The notes under the pieces were generated by a model that made no database searches, had not been told where the DNA came from, and saw nothing but the letters and a program-made list of their open reading frames with translations. A DNA stretch of 64,000 nucleotides. Origin: an uncultured bacterium (GTDB lineage Bacteria > Babelota > Babeliae > Babelales > Babelaceae). Location: the NCBI GenBank assembly GCA_963848965.1, contig CAWKFG010000001.1:544001-608000 (forward strand), in the 5' to 3' direction. Each line of letters opens with the position of its first letter. Positions within the stretch are counted from its first letter, which is position 1. A program made the position numbers and the translations under genes. This document shows positions 19,139 through 29,442 of the stretch, in pieces.

Positions 19139-20414
19139 ACAACTGTTACTTATAACAATCATACTGAGTGTCTGCGGAATATTTTTTGCTTTTTATCACA
19201 TTGATTTTAAAGGGGGCGATAACCGTCCCCTGAATGAACAATTAGTCTCTTTTTTGCAAGACTATATCCGCATTAATACTACTCATCCTCATCCAGAGTA
19301 TGAGAAAGCTATAAGCTTTTTGAAAAAACATGCGCTGGCTGATGGATTTAACTATCAAGAAGTCCTTTTACCTTCTGGTAAAAAGGTTTTCTTGCTTGAA
19401 TTGAAAGGTACTGATACATCGTTGCCAGCACTTGCATTGAATCATCATATGGACGTTGTACCAGCGAGTTTAGAAGGGTGGATAAAAGCTCCTTTTGCAG
19501 GTGAAATACATGAAGGCAGCATTATTGGACGAGGAACTCAAGATATGAAAGGTATTGGTGCAACCCATTATTTTGCATTGAAGGAGCTTAAGAAAGAGGG
19601 ATTTGTTCCGCGCCGTACAATTTACTTATTTGCAGTTCCTGATGAAGAAATTGGAGGCTTTACGGGTACTAAGGAATTTGTTGAAACACCACAGTTTAAT
19701 ACATTAAATATTGGTTTTATTGTTGATGAAGGACATGCGTCAGGTAATAATCAAGTACTTGATATTAAAGTGTCTGAGCGAAAACCGATTCAAGTACTTG
19801 TAACAAGTAAAGGTGAATTAGCGCATGGATCACACCTTATGTGTCGTAATGCTATACATGCGCTTGTTCAATTTCTTAACGCTATGGTTTTGGTTCACCA
19901 GAAACAGCAAGAGCAGATAGGGATTAAGCAACCAGGTCAGCTCTTGTCGTGTAATCTTACTTCTTTAACAGCAGGTATTAAAAAAGAGGGTGGCCATATT
20001 GCATTGAATGTAGTTCCTGACAGTGCACAAGCAACAATTGATATTCGTGTGCCGCCTACTATGAAAAAGCAGGATGTTATAGCGTTATTTGAAAATGCTA
20101 TAAAACAGTATCAACACTTAACCTATACTATCCTTGCGCAGGCAGATGAGGAGCCAGAGTTGGGAGATTATAAAACACCGCTTTACCGGGCTTTGAGTAA
20201 CGTTCTACAGAAATTTGATCTTAGAGCAGAGCCGCATTATTTTGAGGCATCAAGTGATCTAAGATTTTATCAAGCTCGAGGTATTAATGGAGTTGGGTTT
20301 ACTCCGTTTACTATAACTGATAATATTCATGGAGTTAATGAATCTGTGCCAATTGATCATTTAATACGAGGAAAAGATATTACAATGCGGTTTATTAAGG
20401 ATTTTTGTTCTTAA
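19131..20414 (+). CDS. M20 family aminoacylase (ACY1-like) with a signal/anchor
   Basis: NHHMDVVP, GRGTQDMK, PDEEIGG, DEG and IHGVNE metal-binding motifs. Confidence 0.85.
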   Translation: MNKQLLLITIILSVCGIFFAFYHIDFKGGDNRPLNEQLVSFLQDYIRINTTHPHPEYEKAISFLKKHALADGFNYQEVLLPSGKKVFLLELKGTDTSLPALALNHHMDVVPASLEGWIKAPFAGEIHEGSIIGRGTQDMKGIGATHYFALKELKKEGFVPRRTIYLFAVPDEEIGGFTGTKEFVETPQFNTLNIGFIVDEGHASGNNQVLDIKVSERKPIQVLVTSKGELAHGSHLMCRNAIHALVQFLNAMVLVHQKQQEQIGIKQPGQLLSCNLTSLTAGIKKEGGHIALNVVPDSAQATIDIRVPPTMKKQDVIALFENAIKQYQHLTYTILAQADEEPELGDYKTPLYRALSNVLQKFDLRAEPHYFEASSDLRFYQARGINGVGFTPFTITDNIHGVNESVPIDHLIRGKDITMRFIKDFCS

Positions 20415-20553
20415 AATTTTCTTGACTTTTTTTGCTGTTGGCATAAAAATGGGTGGGAATTGTGGAAAATCAGCTTGAGTACATGATTTATGATTATTGT
20501 TGCATTCGAATACTCAAGAAGAACCTATTACTATGATTCTCATATAGATACCT

Positions 20554-21873
20554 GTGGATATTCAACTGAGAAAGATTACTGCTATGATGCTACTTCTTTT
20601 TGCTTGTCTTCTATTATTTGGATGTCACCGAGTGAGAATAGAGCGTGAGCGAGTGTGTGTAACTGCGCTTGCGCAAGAAAAATTGGGCTATGATATTCCT
20701 CATTATGTTGTTCCATTAGATACAATGCTACAAAAAGGTATTTCAAGAGACGATGCTATTCGTATTGCACTTGTTAATAATCCGGCATTGCAAGCAGATT
20801 TTGAGTCACTAGGAATAGCAAAAGCAGATTTTGTACAAGCAGGTCTTTTTACAAATCCAACGATAGAGGCTGGATGGTGGTTTCCTATAAAAGCGGATGC
20901 AACACAAATTGGGGTGAGTATTGGCTTTGCTTTAAACGATTTGTGGCAAATACCACTTAAAAAAAGAATATTTAAAGATCAGCTTGATGTTACTGTACTC
21001 AAGGTGCTTGCTTCTGTGCGTACTCTTATTTCTGCAGTAATAGCTGCATATGATGGTGTGCTCTATGCACAAGGAGCTCTTAGGGATAACCGTGCTCTGC
21101 TTTCTGCTATAAGAAGACTTAAAAAAGATATGCAACAGGGAAAAAGATTCGGTTCTCTTACACAAGCAGATGTTGACGCTCTAGAAGGTGCTCGAAAAGA
21201 GCGAGAAATAGAGTTTTTAAAGCTTCAGAATAGTCTTATCAATCAGTCTATAGAGTTACAGTATCTTCTTGGGCTTCCTCATTCCTGTACGCTTATTCTT
21301 ACAGATCGATTAAACTCTGTATGTAAAGATATTCCTGCTGTTCATGAATTAGAATGTTGGGCTCTTAATACAAGGCCCGAGGTGCTTATTGCTCAGATGT
21401 CGGTAAAGGCGCAGGAAAGTCTTATTGCATTAGAAAGAGCGCAACGAGTAAGAGCGGTAGGAGTTGGCGTCTCATTTGCTCGGGATTTTGATACATCGAC
21501 AGGTATTGGCCCTTCTATTCAAGGATCTGTGCCTGTATTTGATGACAATCAAGCGCAGATAGATAAGGCGCACTTTCTTTTGAAAAAAGCACAAAAAGAG
21601 CTTTGTATGGAACAAAGTAAGGTTAGAAAAGAGGTATATCAAGCATATGAGACTGTTAAAAGCATTCAGCGCCAGATTACTCGCTTTACCACTGAAACAC
21701 CTTCTTGGCACGAAAAGATTGTAGCTACACCAGAAGCACAAGCTACTGTTTCAACAGTTCTACAAAGTGAAAGTGCACAGTACGAAGCAAAGAAATCGCT
21801 GTTAGCTTTTACATACGAGCTTACAAAGGCGTGGACAGAATTAGAAAAAGCAGTTGGCAAGAAAGTATGTTGA
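20554..21873 (+). CDS. TolC-family outer membrane efflux lipoprotein
   Basis: Lipobox LLFGC; ALVNNPALQA, AGLFTNP, ALNTRPE and SVPVFDDNQ OEP motifs. Confidence 0.85.
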   Translation: MDIQLRKITAMMLLLFACLLLFGCHRVRIERERVCVTALAQEKLGYDIPHYVVPLDTMLQKGISRDDAIRIALVNNPALQADFESLGIAKADFVQAGLFTNPTIEAGWWFPIKADATQIGVSIGFALNDLWQIPLKKRIFKDQLDVTVLKVLASVRTLISAVIAAYDGVLYAQGALRDNRALLSAIRRLKKDMQQGKRFGSLTQADVDALEGARKEREIEFLKLQNSLINQSIELQYLLGLPHSCTLILTDRLNSVCKDIPAVHELECWALNTRPEVLIAQMSVKAQESLIALERAQRVRAVGVGVSFARDFDTSTGIGPSIQGSVPVFDDNQAQIDKAHFLLKKAQKELCMEQSKVRKEVYQAYETVKSIQRQITRFTTETPSWHEKIVATPEAQATVSTVLQSESAQYEAKKSLLAFTYELTKAWTELEKAVGKKVC

Positions 21874-21880
21874 GGATTTT

Positions 21881-22252
21881 ATGAGATTACATTCTATTTG
21901 GTTTCTTTTGAAAATAACCTATGGACTTTACTATTGTATTATTGGTACTGATAAATTTTTTGGATTCGTTACAGAATCACACAATCGAGTAAGTGTGCTT
22001 GCCTTAAAACTTATTCCTCTTTCAATGCAGTACCTTTTATTCTTTATTGGCGCTATAGAACTACTTGTAGGTTTTATGATTCTTACTTTTTGGACAAGGC
22101 TTGGATCGTATCTAGGTTTTATTCTTATGATGATTATTGTTGTTAATATTGTGGCTATAGGCAAGCACTATGATATTGCCATTCATGGTACAACAATTGG
22201 TATAGGAATGCTTGCTTTGGCACAGCTTACACCACTTGTTGGTAAACGGTAA
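21881..22252 (+). CDS. DoxX-like membrane protein
   Basis: About 4 hydrophobic segments; GTDKFF and IGAIELLVG motifs. Confidence 0.6.
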   Translation: MRLHSIWFLLKITYGLYYCIIGTDKFFGFVTESHNRVSVLALKLIPLSMQYLLFFIGAIELLVGFMILTFWTRLGSYLGFILMMIIVVNIVAIGKHYDIAIHGTTIGIGMLALAQLTPLVGKR

Positions 22253-22283
22253 CTCAAAATCCTATTTTTTTAAAGGATGAGCT

Positions 22284-22874
22284 ATGAGACAAGTACTAGG
22301 GGCATATGTATTGTTTGTTGCTTCTGTTTATGCTATGGAGCCTGCGCCAGAAGAATCAAAAGAGAGCTCTTTGTCTGGTTATTTGACGCAAAAAACACGA
22401 AATGCTCTAGATAAAAAGAGCCCTACGAAAGCCACGGGAGATGTGGTTGAAGAGCGGCCTAGAAGTCGTTCTCTATATGAGAGTACTTCAAAAAAAAATG
22501 AAAAGCCAGTAAAGGAAGTTACATCTTTGGGGTCCTCACAGGCAAAATATGAAAATGCTAGGCATCTTTATAGAGAGAATCTACAGAAAGTTATAGCAGC
22601 AAACGCTGCTATTTGTCTTTGGCAAGCGGAGCTTGCAAATGTTAATACTAATGCAAAGCTCGTTTTAAGAAAAATAGATGAGCAAAAAGAGGAGCTTGCC
22701 AGCGCTTGGGCATACGTTAAAACATATCATCTTCGAATGCAAAAAGCTCTTGCTCCTCAACAGAGTACGCTGACCAATGAGCACTTTGAGCAGGCAGAGC
22801 TTCTTATACGAGGTGAAAAATGGCAAAAGCTTGAAGAATATCTTCCTTGTCTCAAGATAATGAGATCAAGCTAG
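22284..22874 (+). CDS. Secreted coiled-coil hypothetical protein
   Basis: Signal peptide then MEP. Confidence 0.75.
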   Translation: MRQVLGAYVLFVASVYAMEPAPEESKESSLSGYLTQKTRNALDKKSPTKATGDVVEERPRSRSLYESTSKKNEKPVKEVTSLGSSQAKYENARHLYRENLQKVIAANAAICLWQAELANVNTNAKLVLRKIDEQKEELASAWAYVKTYHLRMQKALAPQQSTLTNEHFEQAELLIRGEKWQKLEEYLPCLKIMRSS

Positions 22875-22878
22875 AAAT

Positions 22879-23445
22879 TTATATGCGTGGTAACGTAATA
22901 CCAACTTGCTTCATATATTTACCTTTGCGATCGGCATAAGAAACTTCGCAAGATTCTGCTGCTTGAAAGAAGATTACTTGGGCAATACCTTCATGCGCAT
23001 AAATTTTGGCAGGAAGTGGCGTAGTATTAGAAATTTCTAAGGTTACATAGCCTTCCCACTCTGGTTCAAAAGGCGTAACATTGACAATAATACCACAGCG
23101 AGCATACGTAGATTTGCCAAGACAAATAGTGAGTATATCACGAGGAATACGAAAATATTCTATGCTACGAGCTAAGGCAAACGAATTTGGTGGCACTATG
23201 CAAATATCCGTTTCTACTCGGACAAATGAATTTTCTTGAAAGTTTTTAGGATCGACAATAGAGTTATAGACATTCGTAAAGACTTTAAATTCATTAGAGA
23301 CTCGAATATCATAGCCATAGCTTGAAAGGCCGTAACTTACCTGAGCTGTTTGATTTGTCGTTCGTATTTGTCTATCTATAAAAGGTTCTATCATGCCAAA
23401 GTCATGTGCCATATGCCGTATCCATGCGTCAGATTTAATGCTCAT
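22879..23445 (-). CDS. dcd: dCTP deaminase
   Basis: [45 protein letters not shown]. Confidence 0.97.
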   Translation of the reverse strand: MSIKSDAWIRHMAHDFGMIEPFIDRQIRTTNQTAQVSYGLSSYGYDIRVSNEFKVFTNVYNSIVDPKNFQENSFVRVETDICIVPPNSFALARSIEYFRIPRDILTICLGKSTYARCGIIVNVTPFEPEWEGYVTLEISNTTPLPAKIYAHEGIAQVIFFQAAESCEVSYADRKGKYMKQVGITLPRI

Positions 23446-23723
23446 AATTCTTCCTACGTATGATAAAAATGCTTTTTTTCTTAAGGATACTGGCTTGCTT
23501 ATAATAGTCAATGAAAGAGTTGAAGGTCCTGAAGTTTTACCATATTCACGAGCTTTACCATAAGATCTTTAGAGCTTCTAAAATTTTTAAGGATCATGGG
23601 ATAGAGGATTTATATGTTCAAGAGCTTAAAATACAAACGATGTACTGTTGAAAATATAATTTAAAATTTGATAATTTTATAAGTAGTTTAAATACATATC
23701 AAATAATTAAGAAAGGATGCTAT

Positions 23724-24392
23724 ATGACAATAAAGGCATGTATAGCAGCAGTACTTGTGCTGGCAGGCACGGAACTTCTGGCTATGAGAGGAAGACGTGG
23801 CGACGAGTCCCGTGATACACAAGCAAGAAGATTTGAAGCAGGTAGACCACAAGAGGGTTCTTTAAGAGGCTTTAGGGGTTCACGTTTTGGTAGAGAAAGA
23901 TCCGCAGCCCGTCCTTTTGCTGGAGAGCGGTTTGGTCGTAGACTTGAAGCGCGAGATACAGATAAAGGATTTCCAAGAAGATCGCAAGGTAGAGGATTTG
24001 ATGGAGCTCGTCCTTTTGCAGGTAGAAGAGATGGAGTTCATCGAACAGCTCAACGTCCATTTCGATCAGGGCAATTTGCTAAATTCCGTACTCCGCAAAG
24101 ATTTGGGCAGCAAAGAGCATTTTTAAGAAGAACGTTTAGAGGTCACCCATGGAGCTGGTGGAGAAGCCATCATCCGAGATTATTCTCTAGAATATTCCCT
24201 GTCTACTTCTATCGTGTATATGGCTATTACCCGCCAGTATACTATGATTACTACGATACCTATGGTACTTATCCCGTTGTAGAGACTCAAGTGCAATCAG
24301 GCACATCTTTTAGAGCGTGTGTCCAAGACTGTCTCAATACATCAAATTTAAGTGTTGAAAATTGCCTTGGCAATTGTGGTGGCCAAGGATAA
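23724..24392 (+). CDS. Secreted Arg/Gly/Phe-rich low-complexity protein with a Tyr-rich segment and CX3C pair
   Basis: Signal peptide; ARPFAGxR repeats; YYPPVYYDYY; CVQDC..CLGNC. Confidence 0.75.
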   Translation: MTIKACIAAVLVLAGTELLAMRGRRGDESRDTQARRFEAGRPQEGSLRGFRGSRFGRERSAARPFAGERFGRRLEARDTDKGFPRRSQGRGFDGARPFAGRRDGVHRTAQRPFRSGQFAKFRTPQRFGQQRAFLRRTFRGHPWSWWRSHHPRLFSRIFPVYFYRVYGYYPPVYYDYYDTYGTYPVVETQVQSGTSFRACVQDCLNTSNLSVENCLGNCGGQG

Positions 24393-24399
24393 CCTTTTG

Positions 24400-24423
24400 G
24401 AGGCTGAAAGATCTTTCAGCCTC
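24400..24423 (+). terminator. Terminator-like palindrome
   Basis: GAGGCTGAAAGATCTTTCAGCCTC right after the stop codon, followed by TTATTT. Confidence 0.7.
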
Positions 24424-24667
24424 TTATTTAAAGTGTCTGATTATTCAGATCTGCTCGCCATAATAAAAACTACTTGAACAAAATTCAAATTTCTTATAGA
24501 ATATAAAAGCAATCTTAAGATATATTTTAAGCGGTTTGTTGTACATCGTGCTGAGCATATAAGTCATTGCAAAGTGAGCTTTACTGTTGTATACCTCTGG
24601 TAGGTACTCTTCATTAGCTTAAAATAACAGGTGTTTTTCTCTGTGTAATGGCTCAGATTCTCGCTTA

Positions 24668-25858
24668 ATGGAGTTTATGATGAAATGTATAGTAGTTTTG
24701 GCATGTATAGGAGCCTTTTTCTCTTGTATACAGATAGAAGCAGGTGGGCAAGAGGCTCTTGAGCACTTAGGAAAAGAGGAGCCTACTCTTTCTGGTATTC
24801 CTGCTGATATGCAGCGCTTTATTTGTAAGCTGCTTATTCAAGAACAGGAAAAGAATATAGAAAAAAATAAAGAAGAGTTTGATTGTGAAGACTATGATAC
24901 TCAAGAGGAAAAAGAGATAAAAAGATATAAAAACAATTATAAAGCTCTTGCTTTGCTTGCAGACGCTCTTGCGCCGCTTTTGATGAACAAGCGTTTAACT
25001 GCACTGGTTATAAAGCTTATCGCAGAACGACTGCAATGTTCAGAGTTTTTAGTTGCAACCTATCTAGCTGGTAAAACAACCTATCTGAGTAGTAAAATTT
25101 ACTTGTCTCTATGGCTTAAAAATAGCATTAGTACTACATCCGATAGTGATGTCCTTGCCAAAACTATTAATACGCTTGATCCTGTCTATGATACTAACCC
25201 TTTCTTTGAATCTCTTAAGCAAAAAAATGAAACTCTTATCAAGCTCCTTCTTGTACATGGTGCTCTCCTTTCTGTAGAAAATACTCGTAAAATGACTCCT
25301 TTAATGGTTGCGGCTCATCATCAAGAAGATTTTTTTAAGCAACGGCTTCATGTTGCAGTAGATGCTCTTTATTGTGATCCTCATCAGATAGTACAATCTT
25401 ATCTTAGTAAAAAAGATTACCAAGGAAGAACTGCTCTCTACCATGCAGTCAGAAAAAATAATCTTACTGCTACACAAGAGCTCTTAGGGTCTGGAGCAGA
25501 GATAAACGCAAAAACTAGTACTTCTACGACTTCTCTTCACCGTGCTGCTAGCAATGGAAATAGTGCTATTGTTTCGCTTTTATTGCAGAATGGTGCTCAT
25601 ATTAACGCTCAGGATTTTGGTGGAAAAACTCCACTTATGAGAGCTTTTATAGAGTGGGGTACTTATGCAGAAGAGAAGAAAAAATGGGATGACTATACTT
25701 CAGCTATTAGGGTACTTTTAGAAGATAAAAATATTGACCTTTTGGTAGAAGATAACGAGAATAAAACTGCAGTAGATTGGGCACAGATGCTTGCCGCTAT
25801 TAATATCCCTATTGCTACTTTATTGCCATCTCTTCAAGAAAAGCTTAACTTGCCATAA
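24668..25858 (+). CDS. Secreted ankyrin-repeat protein with a weak F-box-like N-terminus
   Basis: LSGIPADMQRFICKLL; GRTALYHA, SLHRAASNG, GKTPLMRA. Confidence 0.85.
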   Translation: MEFMMKCIVVLACIGAFFSCIQIEAGGQEALEHLGKEEPTLSGIPADMQRFICKLLIQEQEKNIEKNKEEFDCEDYDTQEEKEIKRYKNNYKALALLADALAPLLMNKRLTALVIKLIAERLQCSEFLVATYLAGKTTYLSSKIYLSLWLKNSISTTSDSDVLAKTINTLDPVYDTNPFFESLKQKNETLIKLLLVHGALLSVENTRKMTPLMVAAHHQEDFFKQRLHVAVDALYCDPHQIVQSYLSKKDYQGRTALYHAVRKNNLTATQELLGSGAEINAKTSTSTTSLHRAASNGNSAIVSLLLQNGAHINAQDFGGKTPLMRAFIEWGTYAEEKKKWDDYTSAIRVLLEDKNIDLLVEDNENKTAVDWAQMLAAINIPIATLLPSLQEKLNLP

Positions 25859-25992
25859 GAAACCATTTTATATTTCCAAAAATAGCTATATATTAAATAT
25901 TTGACAAATTTATATTCAAGTTGTAAAATATATACAAGCATGGTGTAGACTGTGCTTATAATTTATTTTAAAGACTCAAGGGGGATCTTCTT

Positions 25993-27513
25993 ATGTCTAT
26001 AAAACAACTTGGTCGTATACTTGTATTTTTATCTATAGGATCATTTGTTTATTCTATGGAGCCGGTAGATACGACGCCGGTAAGTCCTAAGGTGCATAGA
26101 CCGTTCCTTACTATTGAAGATATGAGGGAATGGAGACAGAATGCATCGATAAGAAAAGAGATAGCTAAAGCAGAAAGTTTGAAGTTGAAAGCTCTTAAAG
26201 CAGGGATTAACGCGTTAACTCCTGCAGAGGCGTTGCGCAAAGTTAACCAAGAGTTTGAGCATGCCAAAGGTGTTATAGTTGCTTGTGATAGAGTGCCTAA
26301 GAATACGTCTTCAAAGCAGACTGAGCTTGAAAAGCAAAGACAGGAGCTTGTTAAAATTAAGAGAGTATTTGATGATACTCCTGATATGTATGTTTATGCA
26401 CAAGAGCATGAGCAGGCTTTGTATGCGCAGTTAGTACCAGACATGATTACGCTTATAGAGCTTGGTGTGCAGTTAACAGAATTAACTAAGCGTGGGGTAG
26501 TCTTTGAAAAGTTGGCAACTGAATTTCAGGGTAAGCTTTCTGTTTTAATAGAAAATTATAATAAGGTAATTCGTTCTTTTGATCAATTTCTTAAGAAAGA
26601 GATGGCTGATTTAGAAACGGCACTTGTTCGTAAAGAGCAAGAGGTTCAGAAAGAAGCTGCTGCTGTTGAGACTATGCAAGAAGGTATAAGAGCTCGTAAA
26701 GAGCAAATCACAAAAGGGTTTAAGGTACAAAAAAACGCTCGTGCGATTTCAAATAACCTTGAACCGCAGCTTAAGCAAGCAGAGGCAAAGAAAGAGCACT
26801 CAGTACAACAATGTGCGATATTGTTTCATAGCTTTAAACAAAGCTTACAAAATTATGCTCAAAAGCAAACATATTGGGCTATTAATGATGTAGGTGCATT
26901 ACTTAATGCTATGATTGCACAGCTTGATAAAGAGTTTATAATAAGGGCATTTAATAGACTTGAAGCTGATCAAGCTCTAAGAAATATGGTAGGAACGGCT
27001 ATAGAACGATTTAAAGCAATTCCAGGCCTTTATGAAGGGCTTATGAGAACGCTTCAGAATTATTTGCTGCTTATATGTTCTCCAGATCTAGCACCGAGAG
27101 CAAAGGGTTATGAATGGGAGATTACAGTTGCTTGCTGGCTTTATAAGACGCTTGTTGAGCATCAAGATACAATGCGTATGAATTCTATGAAGAGCTTGCG
27201 TTCAAGAGATTTTTCACGTGAATTTGATATTGTTCTTGAAGAGCAAAGGGTGCTTATTGAGTGTAAGAATCGTCATTGGCATACTACTCATTTTAGTAAG
27301 ATTCATCAGCAATTTTTAGATCAAAAGGAAATTGCTCAAGAGTTGAAGTATTTGTTTATGATTGTTTCTCGCCATACATTAGATTATGAGATGAGAAGGT
27401 TTCTTCGTCAAAAAGATATTCTCTATCTTGAGCCGGGAACATCACTCGAGCTTTCTATTCTTAAAGAGCCGTGCAATACATTGTATACAGATACCTATTG
27501 TACACATAAATAA
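25993..27513 (+). CDS. Secreted coiled-coil protein with a C-terminal PD-(D/E)XK nuclease-like domain
   Basis: Signal peptide then MEP; GYEWE...REFDIV...LIECK restriction-endonuclease-type motifs. Confidence 0.7.
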   Translation: MSIKQLGRILVFLSIGSFVYSMEPVDTTPVSPKVHRPFLTIEDMREWRQNASIRKEIAKAESLKLKALKAGINALTPAEALRKVNQEFEHAKGVIVACDRVPKNTSSKQTELEKQRQELVKIKRVFDDTPDMYVYAQEHEQALYAQLVPDMITLIELGVQLTELTKRGVVFEKLATEFQGKLSVLIENYNKVIRSFDQFLKKEMADLETALVRKEQEVQKEAAAVETMQEGIRARKEQITKGFKVQKNARAISNNLEPQLKQAEAKKEHSVQQCAILFHSFKQSLQNYAQKQTYWAINDVGALLNAMIAQLDKEFIIRAFNRLEADQALRNMVGTAIERFKAIPGLYEGLMRTLQNYLLLICSPDLAPRAKGYEWEITVACWLYKTLVEHQDTMRMNSMKSLRSRDFSREFDIVLEEQRVLIECKNRHWHTTHFSKIHQQFLDQKEIAQELKYLFMIVSRHTLDYEMRRFLRQKDILYLEPGTSLELSILKEPCNTLYTDTYCTHK

Positions 27514-27525
27514 GGTAAGGCAGTA

Positions 27526-28242
27526 CTAAAGTGCTGCCTTATCATTTTTTAAAGCTACCGATTCTGTTGGTAGTTTGTTTTTTGATAATTTATCAGCAAG
27601 GCGAGTTGGTTCTGGTAATCGGTAGCCTTTGCTGCAGGCAAGTACATACTTGATACTTGTTTCAAGGCTTATAAGGTGACCTACTGAGATAAACAAAGGA
27701 GCTACGTTTGTTCGTGTACGTACTACAGCTCCAATACATTCTCCTTTACCTACAAGTGGTACCCAAGAGCCAGCTTGTTTGCCTAAGCACTGTTCATCAA
27801 ACTTTCCTGTAAGTAGCGATTTTCCGCAGCCAATAGTAGGTATACTGAGCCAGAGGCCAAGATGTGAAGCGATACCAATCCGTCTTGGATGAGCTATGCC
27901 CATACCGTCAACCATAATAAGGTCTGGCTTCTGCTGAAGCTTTGCAAATGCTCCTAGCATAGAGGGTATTTCTCGAAAGGAAAGGAGGCCTGGTATGTAA
28001 GGCATACGTAAAGGCTCTTCATGAACATGGTATTCTATCATGCGTAACTCTGGATAAGAAAGCAAAACAACTGCAGCTCGAGCCATATTTTTTTCTTGAG
28101 TAAGTGCTACATCTATGCCAGCTATAGTACGTACCTCTGTTATAGTATCCTTACAGATGATCTGCTTTGCCAATTCTCGTTGAAGGGCAATAGCTTGTTG
28201 CTCTGTGAGATTCCAGGTATGCAATGGCAGTTTTGTGTTCAT
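27526..28242 (-). CDS. nfi: Endonuclease V
   Basis: AGIDV, PYIPGLLSFRE, DGMGIAHPRRIGIASHLG, YRLPEPTRLAD. Confidence 0.97.
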   Translation of the reverse strand: MNTKLPLHTWNLTEQQAIALQRELAKQIICKDTITEVRTIAGIDVALTQEKNMARAAVVLLSYPELRMIEYHVHEEPLRMPYIPGLLSFREIPSMLGAFAKLQQKPDLIMVDGMGIAHPRRIGIASHLGLWLSIPTIGCGKSLLTGKFDEQCLGKQAGSWVPLVGKGECIGAVVRTRTNVAPLFISVGHLISLETSIKYVLACSKGYRLPEPTRLADKLSKNKLPTESVALKNDKAAL

Positions 28243-28281
28243 TCTAAAACTCCAGTAAGCACGTAAATCAGGCCTTTTTTA

Positions 28282-29370
28282 TTAACACTGGTGTCCGTAG
28301 CCGCCAGATGATGCCCAGGGTCTTCTACATCTCCAGCAGAATTCATGTTTACAATGTTTACAGGTCATATGATTGCATCCTTGATTCTTTTCGATCATAG
28401 CTCTACAAGAAGGACAACGTTGGGCGCCGAATTTTTGAGCATATTCATCAACAACATCTTGTGCGCACTCACTGTTATTTCCAAAAGGAGAGCTTTTATG
28501 TGGGTGTAAGCAGCGAGCACAGTATGTTTGCTTGCATTTTTGACAATTTATTTCGATTGCAGCATCCCATTCATAAATAAAAGCGAAACCGCATTTAGGG
28601 TTTGGGCAGTATTTGAGACCAGGTGTTTTTTTAAGTGTCTGCTCAAGTACAATGGTATCAAATTCTTCTAGCTCTTGTTTATTTTGTAGAATCAGTTCAA
28701 GATCTTGACGGGTATGTTCTTGTCTACATCCGAACTGAGGGCATAATGGAATTTCTTTATTTCTTTTGGAGACCATAAAGTGAGCATTAAGACATTCTCT
28801 GCAGTAGATGTGACCGCAGTGTAATCTTATTGCATCTGGTCTTGCTATGCGAGGGTTAAAGCAAATGTGACATACAAAGTACTCTTGTGCATAATTAAAT
28901 TGAGGACGCTCTGCAAAGATGTTATCAGTATGTTGACGAGCTGGTGCTGCAGGTCGTGCAATGTCAGGATTTTCAGTGTAAGTATGAGGGCGAGCTGCGG
29001 GTTCTTCAGGCATTGAAGATTGACGAGCAGCAGGTTCTGCAGCTCGTGCAGTAGCAGCGTCCTCAGTAAAGTGGTTATGAGTATAAGGGTGAGCTGTTGG
29101 TTCTGCAGGCATTGAAGATTGAGGATTTTCAGTAGGGGAGCCGTAGGCAGTAGATGGTCTGGGAGTAGATTCTTGTTGTTTTCTCTTTTTTATAAGGGAA
29201 TGTAATACAATACCAGCACATACGGAGCCCAGAATAAGTGCTACTATATGTCTTTTTGATGAAGTTCTCTTTCTTACTGTTTGTTCGTGTACTGTTGGTA
29301 ATGGGATAGTAGTACCTCCTATACTTATAAGAATAACAAAAGTGCTTGCTCTCAGGGTGGCTCTTTTCAT
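28282..29370 (-). CDS. RBR (RING1-IBR-Rcat) E3 ubiquitin ligase-like protein
   Basis: C3HC4 RING1; IBR CPNPKC..CQKC..CARC..H..C; Rcat CPSC..IEKNQGCNHMTC..C..EFCWRC; signal peptide plus TM helix. Confidence 0.9.
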   Translation of the reverse strand: MKRATLRASTFVILISIGGTTIPLPTVHEQTVRKRTSSKRHIVALILGSVCAGIVLHSLIKKRKQQESTPRPSTAYGSPTENPQSSMPAEPTAHPYTHNHFTEDAATARAAEPAARQSSMPEEPAARPHTYTENPDIARPAAPARQHTDNIFAERPQFNYAQEYFVCHICFNPRIARPDAIRLHCGHIYCRECLNAHFMVSKRNKEIPLCPQFGCRQEHTRQDLELILQNKQELEEFDTIVLEQTLKKTPGLKYCPNPKCGFAFIYEWDAAIEINCQKCKQTYCARCLHPHKSSPFGNNSECAQDVVDEYAQKFGAQRCPSCRAMIEKNQGCNHMTCKHCKHEFCWRCRRPWASSGGYGHQC

Positions 29371-29442
29371 AAAATTCCTTTATCTACAAGTGAACTCCGC
29401 AATTCAGCTTATATTCCTAACGCATTTGACGAAGAAGGCTTT

